The position numbers and the translations under genes were made by a program. Under the pieces are notes generated by a model that did no database searches, was not told the DNA's origin, and worked only from the letters and a program-made list of their open reading frames with translations. This document shows, in pieces, positions 10,689 through 17,918 of a DNA stretch of 64,000 nucleotides. The first letter of the stretch is position 1. Every line of letters starts with the position of its first letter. The DNA is from an uncultured delta proteobacterium (GTDB lineage: Bacteria; Desulfobacterota; Binatia; Binatales; Binataceae): assembly GCA_963755705.1 (NCBI GenBank), contig CAVWKW010000001.1, forward strand, positions 165,884 through 229,883, in the 5' to 3' direction.

Positions 10689-12278
10689 ATGCCCCCGGGA
10701 CTCCGACAAGTACTCGAAGAGGCTACCGCGCGATGGAACAGCAACGTTCGCCCGAGCCCCGAAGACGGCGCCGAATCGGCTTATCGGTTGGAGTGCGAGC
10801 CTCGTGCACTGCCGGAGATTTGCGACTGGCTATTCTCTGAGATGAATTACAGCTTCGGCGGCCTTGTCGTCGAGCAGCTAGCGCAATGGGAGCTGCGCTA
10901 TTTATTTTACGGGGGCTCGGACGCAGGCTGGCTGCACGTTCTTACTCATCTATCCCCTTCCGAAGATCGAGTACCCAGCATCAGCAGGCTGGTGCATGCC
11001 GCCGACTGGCACGAACGCGAGGTCGAGGATCTGTTCGGGCTGTTCTTCGAGGGGCACCCTCGCCTTGGTGACTTCGTGCTTCACGACGACGTTTGGCATG
11101 AGGGCATCGCTCCGATGCGTAAAAGCTTCGTTGCAAGCGAGCCCGTACTTCATCGTGAGCCTGACCTGACGTGGAAGCCCCGCCAGATCGTCGAGGAAGC
11201 GGGCGCTTTTTCGATGCCAGTAGGGCCCATCTATTCGGCGGCCACTGGGCCGGTGCACTTTCAGCTTGAAACCGTGGGTGAGGACGTGATTCGCGCGCAG
11301 CCGCGTCTCTTCTACGCCTATCGAGGGCTGGAAAAAATCGCGGAGGGACGTCAGGCCGAAGACGTGCTGCTGATCGCGGAGCGGATCAGCGGAACTTCGG
11401 CATTCGCTCATTCACTCGCGGTTTGTCAGTCCGTCGAGCACGTCAGCCAAATCGAAGTGCCGCCGCGAGGCCGCGCGCTGAGAATATTTGCCGCCGAGCT
11501 CGAACGCCTGCGGCATCATGCGTCGGTGATCGAAGGTATCTGTGAATCCACCGCCCTTGCTGTGGCTGCTGCGCAGGCCGCGATCCTCGAAGAAGACTTG
11601 CTCCGGATTTCCGGCGCTCTTACCGGCCATCGATATCTGTTCGGCCTGAGCACCTTCGGCGGCGTGACGATAGACCTTGATGGCGCAGCCTGCCGGGGAG
11701 CGGCGGCGCAGGTGCGAGATATAGGTGAAAAGCTCTCAACTCTGGAGCGGATGCTTAGCACCTCGAGCAGCTTCCTCGACCGCCTCGAGCAGGTTGGTGA
11801 TGTCTCGGCGAACGATGCCCGCGAGTTTGGGCTGGTCGGACCTATCGCTCGCGCCTCCGGCGTTTCGCGGGATCTGAGGAAGGCGCAGCCATATTCCGGC
11901 TATGAGGCGGTTGAGTTTGAAGTTCCACGTGAAACCGAGGGGGATGGCTTCGCGCGGCTGCGCCTGTTCTTTCGGGAGGCTACGCAATCAGTGCGGATTA
12001 TTTCGAAGATCGCCGAACGGATTCCAGATGGCCGGTTTCGCGCGCCGGAAGTCTGGTTGCGGCCCGGTGCCGCGCTGGGCTGGGTTGAAGCGCCACGCGG
12101 AGCCGCTCTGCATTGGCTTCGTTTGCGCGAGGACGGCGTGGTCGATCGATACCGAATTATCACGCCGTCGTTCGCTAACTGGCACGGGTTCAGGCTTGCG
12201 GCCGAAAGATTTGCGTTCCAGGACTTTCCAATAATCCTCGCGACGTTCGCGCTCTCAGTTCACGAGAACGATCGCTAG
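10689..12278 (+). CDS. Ehr-type large subunit (NuoC-NuoD/HycE-like fusion) lacking the [NiFe]-binding cysteines
   Basis: NuoD/HycE core (FSMPVGPIYSAATGPVHFQLETVGE). At the L1 motif position the sequence is ERISGTSAFAHS, i.e. RxCGxCxxxH with both Cys replaced by Ser. The C-terminus ...ALSVHENDR has no DPCxxCxxH motif and resembles the NuoD end. Confidence 0.8.
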   Translation: MPPGLRQVLEEATARWNSNVRPSPEDGAESAYRLECEPRALPEICDWLFSEMNYSFGGLVVEQLAQWELRYLFYGGSDAGWLHVLTHLSPSEDRVPSISRLVHAADWHEREVEDLFGLFFEGHPRLGDFVLHDDVWHEGIAPMRKSFVASEPVLHREPDLTWKPRQIVEEAGAFSMPVGPIYSAATGPVHFQLETVGEDVIRAQPRLFYAYRGLEKIAEGRQAEDVLLIAERISGTSAFAHSLAVCQSVEHVSQIEVPPRGRALRIFAAELERLRHHASVIEGICESTALAVAAAQAAILEEDLLRISGALTGHRYLFGLSTFGGVTIDLDGAACRGAAAQVRDIGEKLSTLERMLSTSSSFLDRLEQVGDVSANDAREFGLVGPIARASGVSRDLRKAQPYSGYEAVEFEVPRETEGDGFARLRLFFREATQSVRIISKIAERIPDGRFRAPEVWLRPGAALGWVEAPRGAALHWLRLREDGVVDRYRIITPSFANWHGFRLAAERFAFQDFPIILATFALSVHENDR

Positions 12279-12293
12279 ACGGCGGGAACAGCC

Positions 12294-13064
12294 ATGAGCC
12301 AATGGTTGATCAAGGGTCTCAGAACCGGCATCAAGAGCACGCCCTATCCGCGCGCCACGGAAACTGCGGCTGGAACGTCCCCAGGCCTGCCCGCCGCTAC
12401 CAGACTCGCCGCGGAGCAGGCGCAATCGGTGGTGGCTCGGTGTCCTACAGGTGCGCTTGAACTCGCGCCGGCTGGTGTGGACGTGAACGTGCGCCAGTGT
12501 ATCCACTGCATGCGGTGCGCGCGTGATACGGACAGACCGATGGATTGGGAACGCGGCTACGAGTGGGCGAGCGAAGTCTCGGCGGTTGATGACCGAACCC
12601 GGCACTTCGGTCCCGCGTTTGCTCGGTCGGTTCAGATTCTCGTGGTCGATACAGGCGACTGCGGTGCGTGCCTGAATGAAGTCCGACAGCTCAACAATCC
12701 CTACTACAACCTGCATCGCCTCGGATTCTTTCTCACTCCAACTCCGCGGCATGCGGACGTGTTGCTCGTAGTCGGAGCGCTGACCGAGCACATGCGCGCG
12801 CCCCTGCTCAAGGCTTACAACGCGATGCCTGGTCCAAAGCGCATCGTTGCCGTAGGCGCGTGCGCGTTATCGGGAGGAATTTTTGGCCGGAGCTTCATGT
12901 GCGCAGGCGGAGTAAGCGAACTGCTCCCGGTCGATGTCGAGGTGCCGGGTAATCCGCCGCCGCCACTAGCTATCCTGCACGGACTATTGGTTGCGGTGGG
13001 CCGTAAAACCTCTGCCAGTTTGCATCGCGCGGTAGGTGGCTCCACGGGGAAAGCGTCGGGATGA
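12294..13064 (+). CDS. Ehr-type small subunit (NuoB/HycG-like) with degenerate N-terminal ferredoxin-like region
   Basis: DTGDCGACLNE (CxxC..E), VGACALSGG (GxCxxxGG) and VPGNPPPP (where CPGCPP/VPGCPP is expected; Cys replaced by Asn). The N-terminus has a single CIHCMRC (CxxCxxC) plus CPTG remnant. Confidence 0.75.
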   Translation: MSQWLIKGLRTGIKSTPYPRATETAAGTSPGLPAATRLAAEQAQSVVARCPTGALELAPAGVDVNVRQCIHCMRCARDTDRPMDWERGYEWASEVSAVDDRTRHFGPAFARSVQILVVDTGDCGACLNEVRQLNNPYYNLHRLGFFLTPTPRHADVLLVVGALTEHMRAPLLKAYNAMPGPKRIVAVGACALSGGIFGRSFMCAGGVSELLPVDVEVPGNPPPPLAILHGLLVAVGRKTSASLHRAVGGSTGKASG

Positions 13065-15211
13065 CCGCGATGGGCTTGCTGCTGATCATCATCCTGGGGT
13101 TGTGCGTCGTCGGGATATTGTTGCCGCTGGCGGTTGATGAACGATTAACGCCGGCGATTGTGGGATGGCTCGGAGCGTGCGCGGCCGCCGTCTTACTCTG
13201 CTTCAGCGGAGCCTCTCTGTTTGCCGACGTGCCGTTTCACTCGACGTTGTGGAGCATTCCCTCGCTGGCGACGCTCACGCTCTCGCTCGATCGGCTGTCG
13301 GCGCTGTTTCTTTTTGTCTCGGGCTTGATCCTCCTTCCCGGATCGATTTTCGCCGCCGGCAATCTCCGTCGATACGCGGGCCGGTACAGTCTCGGGGCCT
13401 TTAGCGTTCCATATTTCGCGCTCTTCGCAACGCTGGTGTTGATTCCTTTATCGGCCGACGCGGTCTCCTTCCTGATGCTGTGGGAGTCGATGTCGATCCT
13501 GATCTATCTGCTGGTGAACTACGAAGACGAAGATGAGGAGCATATCCGGTCGGGATTCCTGATGCTCGCGGTGGGCGAGGCCGGCACGCTCCTCATCGCG
13601 CTCGCGTTCATCGTGCTCGCCAAAAATGGCTCGCTCGAGTTCGCCGCGATGAAGGATGGCTCAGGTACGTTGACCGAGTACACGCGATGGGCCGTTTTTC
13701 TGCTCGCGTTTTTTGGCTTCGGCGTGAAGGCCGGTCTCATCCCGGTGAACTTTTGGCTCCCGCAGGCTTATGCCGCTGCGCCGGACGCCTTCGTTCCGGT
13801 GCTGGCTGGAGCGACCTTGAACCTCGGAATTTACGGAATCGTCAGAGTCAATGGCGATCTGCTGCCGGTTGCGATGATCGGCCCCGGCATCGTCGCGCTG
13901 ATAATAGGCAGTGTTACCGCATTGCTCGGGATACTTTACGCGACAACCCAGAACGATCTTAAAACTATGCTCGCGCACAGCTCGATCGAGAACGCGGGCA
14001 TCATCACGGCGGCTCTTGGCGCGGGGTTCATCTTCGTGGCGTCGAATCGCCCATCGCTCGCAGCGATTGCGTTCGCGGCGGCCTTCTACCACACAGCGAA
14101 TCACTCGATCTATAAGGCCCTGCTGTTCTTCGCGACCGGTGCGGTTGATTCAAATACCGGGACGCGAAGCATCGACCGGCTCGGAGGCTTGATAAAGGCG
14201 ATGCCTCTCACCGCATTGTTCTTTCTGGTTGGCGCGCTGTCGATCGCGGCGCTGCCGCCGTTCAACGGATTCGTCAGCGAATGGCTCACGCTGCAGACGA
14301 TGCTGCAAAGCGCGGGGCTCGCTTCGACTGGCGTGAAAATCGTCTTTGCGCTTTGTGGCGCGATCCTCGCCCTGACCGCAGCGCTCGCGGTGACCTGCTT
14401 CGTGAAGGCGTTTGCGATGAGCTTCCTCGGAATGCCGCGCTCCGAATCTGCCGCGCAGAGTCGGCCTGCGCGAGCCTCTGCGACCCTTCCGATGGCGTTC
14501 CTCGCGGTGCTCTGCCTCGTGCTCGGAGTGACTCCGACCTATGTGATTCCGGTGCTCGACGGAGCGATAGCGCCGATCGCGGGGCAAGCTCGCGCTGCCG
14601 ACGCACTGGTGCCGCCATTCTTCGCCGGCAACGTTCATCACGGCGAGTTGCCCGCATCCTTCGTCGCGGACTTTCACGCGATCGGCGCGCAAGTTGGACA
14701 GAGTATCTTGCCGGGACGCGGGCTGGTCGTGATGCATCGCGGCGGCAAAGCCAATCCGATCGTGTTCGCAATGTCCACTTCGTACATGGCGGTGGTCTTA
14801 GCGTTGATGCTGCTGATGACTTACGTTGTTTTTCGAGTAGTGATTGCTCGAAGCCGCGCCATCGAGCGGCGCGCGGTCTGGGATGGAGGTATCCGGAGGT
14901 TGCTCCCGGAAATGACCTACACTGGTACGGGATTCTCGAATCCGGTGCGAGTTATCTTTGAGGCGATCTTCAGGCCTACCACCGTGGAGGACACCAGAGA
15001 GACGGTAGGAAAGCATTTCCGGGCGGCGATTCGCCGCACGCGCGGAGAAAATCACGTACTCGACCGTCTGATTCTCAATCCGATCGCGGATGCCGCCTTG
15101 TGGGTATCAAAAGGTTTCGCGCGGATGCATCACGGCATTCTCAACGCGTACGTTCTCTACGGGCTCGGCGCGCTAATCCTGGCGCTTTTGATCGCGAGAT
15201 TTTCCTCATGA
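13061..15211 (+). CDS. Ehr/Hyf-type antiporter-like subunit, NuoL/HyfB-like (EhrA-like)
   Basis: 716 aa, many TM. NuoL/MrpA-like motifs (GVKAGLIPVNFWLPQAYAAAPDAFVPVLAGATL). Start overlaps the small-subunit stop. Confidence 0.8.
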   Translation: MTAMGLLLIIILGLCVVGILLPLAVDERLTPAIVGWLGACAAAVLLCFSGASLFADVPFHSTLWSIPSLATLTLSLDRLSALFLFVSGLILLPGSIFAAGNLRRYAGRYSLGAFSVPYFALFATLVLIPLSADAVSFLMLWESMSILIYLLVNYEDEDEEHIRSGFLMLAVGEAGTLLIALAFIVLAKNGSLEFAAMKDGSGTLTEYTRWAVFLLAFFGFGVKAGLIPVNFWLPQAYAAAPDAFVPVLAGATLNLGIYGIVRVNGDLLPVAMIGPGIVALIIGSVTALLGILYATTQNDLKTMLAHSSIENAGIITAALGAGFIFVASNRPSLAAIAFAAAFYHTANHSIYKALLFFATGAVDSNTGTRSIDRLGGLIKAMPLTALFFLVGALSIAALPPFNGFVSEWLTLQTMLQSAGLASTGVKIVFALCGAILALTAALAVTCFVKAFAMSFLGMPRSESAAQSRPARASATLPMAFLAVLCLVLGVTPTYVIPVLDGAIAPIAGQARAADALVPPFFAGNVHHGELPASFVADFHAIGAQVGQSILPGRGLVVMHRGGKANPIVFAMSTSYMAVVLALMLLMTYVVFRVVIARSRAIERRAVWDGGIRRLLPEMTYTGTGFSNPVRVIFEAIFRPTTVEDTRETVGKHFRAAIRRTRGENHVLDRLILNPIADAALWVSKGFARMHHGILNAYVLYGLGALILALLIARFSS

Positions 15212-15384
15212 AGCTTGACCGGCGTTAAACGGAGTCTTAATTTTGAACTGTAGGCGGTGGAGTCCGCCGATATCTGCCATCCGGCCAATGACTCCTGCAA
15301 GCGGGTAGAGACCCGTGGCAGGAGTTTCCACTCCAGAAGCTGGGTCTCGAGACCGCTCCGACGATTGCTGATCGGAGGCCGCAA

Positions 15385-16212
15385 GTGCTCGAGCGCCTGA
15401 CAAAAAATTTCCGGGAACTACTCAAGAAGTTCGAGGGCGCGTCGTGCCCGCTGTGTTCTGTACTAAAATGGCGGGAACAACAGCGGCTTGAGCGGCTGCG
15501 CGCAAGCGGCGTTTCGACGCGTGTCCTGTGCGGCCCGCATCTCGAAATGGCTCTGGCCGCGCTTGCTATCCGGACGGCAAGGGCGCGACTGACTCGTAGC
15601 GCGATCGAATCCGTCCTCGCCGGCCGTCCCGATTGCGAAGTGTGCTCATGGCTGTGCCAAATCGAGCTTCGGCTAGTGCGAGCGATTCGTCGTTTGGACG
15701 GCGGGATGCGCTTCCAGAAGGCTCTCGAATCGGCGCCGCTGTTCTGCCGCAAGCATGCGAGGGCGATCGGTGAACAAAATGCAGCGGTTAATTTTGCACA
15801 CGTCCAGAAGGCGAGGCTGCTTCGCTTGCGTAACGCGCTGGCTCAAGCAGAGTTGCGCAACAGCGCGGAGTTGGAATCGCTGATATCCAAGACGCTTGCG
15901 TACTTGGCTGCCCCAGTCGAGCAAGAGCCGGCATCAGAAGTCCTCGATTCCTCCGATAGCACGGAGAGTGACGCCGCGGAATTCGGGCGATGGGAGGATG
16001 CGCGTCAGCTCAAACATCTATCTGACCTCGAGAGCGAAGCGGCAAGCCTGCGCTATCGCAACGCAACGCTCGCCGAGGAAAACCGCAGACTCAAGCTCGC
16101 GCATGCTGCGGGCGAGGCTTTGAGGCGCGACCTCGAACACGATCGAGAGCAGTTTATTGCCGCGGCAAAAGCACAGGATCCAAATTCCGTAAAATCTTCA
16201 AACCGGAATTGA
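15385..16212 (+). CDS. Hypothetical protein with two C2CH zinc-ribbon-like modules and a C-terminal coiled-coil/acidic tail (GTG start)
   Basis: GGAGG RBS 6 nt before GTG at 15385. Modules CPLC-x24-LCGPH and CEVC-x33-FCRKH. C-terminal heptad-like ESEAASLRYRNATLAEENRRLKLAHAAGEALRRDLE. Confidence 0.55.
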   Translation: MLERLTKNFRELLKKFEGASCPLCSVLKWREQQRLERLRASGVSTRVLCGPHLEMALAALAIRTARARLTRSAIESVLAGRPDCEVCSWLCQIELRLVRAIRRLDGGMRFQKALESAPLFCRKHARAIGEQNAAVNFAHVQKARLLRLRNALAQAELRNSAELESLISKTLAYLAAPVEQEPASEVLDSSDSTESDAAEFGRWEDARQLKHLSDLESEAASLRYRNATLAEENRRLKLAHAAGEALRRDLEHDREQFIAAAKAQDPNSVKSSNRN

Positions 16213-16926
16213 ATGGAGCGAATCATCCCCATGCGAATCTGCATCATCTCTGACCTGCATGCGAACCTCGAGGCTCTTGCAGCGTTGCCGAGCGACTATG
16301 ACGAGTTATGGGTATTGGGCGACCTGGTCGATTATGGTCCCGATCCGGCTGAAACGATCGAATTCGTCCGATCTCACGCGTTGACCGTGATTCGAGGCAA
16401 CCATGACAACGCGGTCGGATTCGGAACGGACTGCGGATGCTCTCCCCGATTCACCGCGATGGCGGAGGCAACACGCAAGTACACTACCTCAGTCTTGAGT
16501 GCGAGCGACAAGCAGTTTCTCCGCGACCTCCCGACGTGCGCGTGCCGCCAACTAGACGGTCGAGTATTTTTTCTCTGCCACGCGACCCCGTCGGATCTTT
16601 TGTACGAATACCGTCCGCCAGACTCTCCTCTGTGGGCCCGAGATGAGGAGTCCAGTTCAGGAGCGGACGTTCTGCTGGCGGGCCATACGCACCTGCCGTT
16701 CGTACGCGTCTTCGGCGAGCGCGTCGTAGCTAATCCGGGAAGTCTCGGACAATCGAAAGTTGGAGGTGCGCGTGCCCGCTATGCGGTCTGGCAGGATGAC
16801 CATATCGAGCTAAAGGACTACGAATATCCCGTCAATAAAACTATACACAAAATTCTGACACTGCCATTGCCCGAGGAAGTAAAGCACGATCTCGTCTGTG
16901 TGCTTCGCACGGGGACGGCGCCGTGA
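16213..16926 (+). CDS. Calcineurin-like metallophosphoesterase (YfcE/MJ0936/Vps29-fold family)
   Basis: Motifs ISDLHAN, VLGDLVDYGPDP, RGNHDN and GHTH, in canonical order. Confidence 0.8.
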   Translation: MERIIPMRICIISDLHANLEALAALPSDYDELWVLGDLVDYGPDPAETIEFVRSHALTVIRGNHDNAVGFGTDCGCSPRFTAMAEATRKYTTSVLSASDKQFLRDLPTCACRQLDGRVFFLCHATPSDLLYEYRPPDSPLWARDEESSSGADVLLAGHTHLPFVRVFGERVVANPGSLGQSKVGGARARYAVWQDDHIELKDYEYPVNKTIHKILTLPLPEEVKHDLVCVLRTGTAP

Positions 16927-17918
16927 GTACTAATAGTCATCGAGACGCCGCGCCGGCGCCGATTGCGATCACGGCGGACTCCGCAAAACTCACTGCTCTG
17001 GGACGTCACCTGCGATCTCTGCACGACGGGGACGGCGCGGTGATTGAGGCAATCGGCATCGGTGCTCCAGCGGTTCCGATCCTGCGGGCACTTCTGTCTG
17101 AGCGAGACTTCACGGGGATTTTCGAACCGCGGATGCGGGCCGTTCAGGCGCTGGCCGCGCTCAGAGCCACGAGCGAATTGAAAGAGTACGTTCGGGGGTG
17201 GCAATCGGCCTCAGACCCCGTCGAGCGATTCGGAGACGAGGCAGTGCTGGGGACGGCCGCCAGATTTTTGGGCGCGACTAAAGACGAAGACGCTTATCAG
17301 ATCTTGATCGCGGTGGCCCGAAAGCATCCGGTGCCTGGCGTCATCGAAGCATTGGGAAGCTGTGGCCGCAAGGAATCGATTCCGATCGTAATCAAAGCCC
17401 TTGCCGACGACGTCAGCCGTAGCGCCGCGGAACAGGCGTTAAGAATCCTCGGAGAGGTCGGCGCACCTGCACTCATCGAAGCCGCCCTGCGACCCGTAGC
17501 GAACTTTTGGGGCAGTGAAATTCCATCCAGTGTGCGGCGGCGCCGCAGCGCACTGATGCTGCTGTTCGAATTTGGCGTCACCCGCGACATTTGGGACCGC
17601 GTCCGCGGGTTGGCAGCGGATTCAGACGACGAGATCGCGGTCCACGCGTGCGCGATTGGCCTGACCGCCGGGACCTATCCCGACCAGCGCGATTGCGCGC
17701 GCCGAATGGTGGCACTGCTGCGTCAGGTGGCGTGGCCGCTTCATCGTGAAGTCGAGGACTGTCTGATAGTTCATTTCGCAATCGCGCGCGAGTTCGTCGA
17801 ACAGGCGATCAAAAGCCCGATGGACCTGATCGCGAATGACTTCGCGCGTGCCCGCTTCAAACGATCCCTGCGCCGGATCGCGGCGCGAGCATCAACCAGC
17901 CAGGCGCCCAGGAGTTGA
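16923..17918 (+). CDS. HEAT/PBS-lyase-type alpha-solenoid repeat protein
   Basis: Repeated ~30-aa units (AVxALGxIGxPAVPxLxxLLxD...) typical of HEAT-like repeats. Start overlaps the upstream stop. Confidence 0.7.
   Translation: MSTNSHRDAAPAPIAITADSAKLTALGRHLRSLHDGDGAVIEAIGIGAPAVPILRALLSERDFTGIFEPRMRAVQALAALRATSELKEYVRGWQSASDPVERFGDEAVLGTAARFLGATKDEDAYQILIAVARKHPVPGVIEALGSCGRKESIPIVIKALADDVSRSAAEQALRILGEVGAPALIEAALRPVANFWGSEIPSSVRRRRSALMLLFEFGVTRDIWDRVRGLAADSDDEIAVHACAIGLTAGTYPDQRDCARRMVALLRQVAWPLHREVEDCLIVHFAIAREFVEQAIKSPMDLIANDFARARFKRSLRRIAARASTSQAPRS

Noticed and set aside
10689-12278. Calling the large subunit a [NiFe] hydrogenase (HycE/HyfG) and the operon a formate hydrogenlyase/hydrogenase-4
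   Set aside because: Both L1-motif cysteines are serines and the C-terminal CxxC motif is absent. No maturation protease/Hyp genes or formate dehydrogenase nearby. Fits the Ehr class better.
14150-14961. Several 160-230-aa Arg-rich ORFs on both strands inside the NuoL-like gene
   Set aside because: Low-complexity Arg/Ser/Ala composition. Overlapped by a coherent 716-aa membrane protein. Artefact of high GC.
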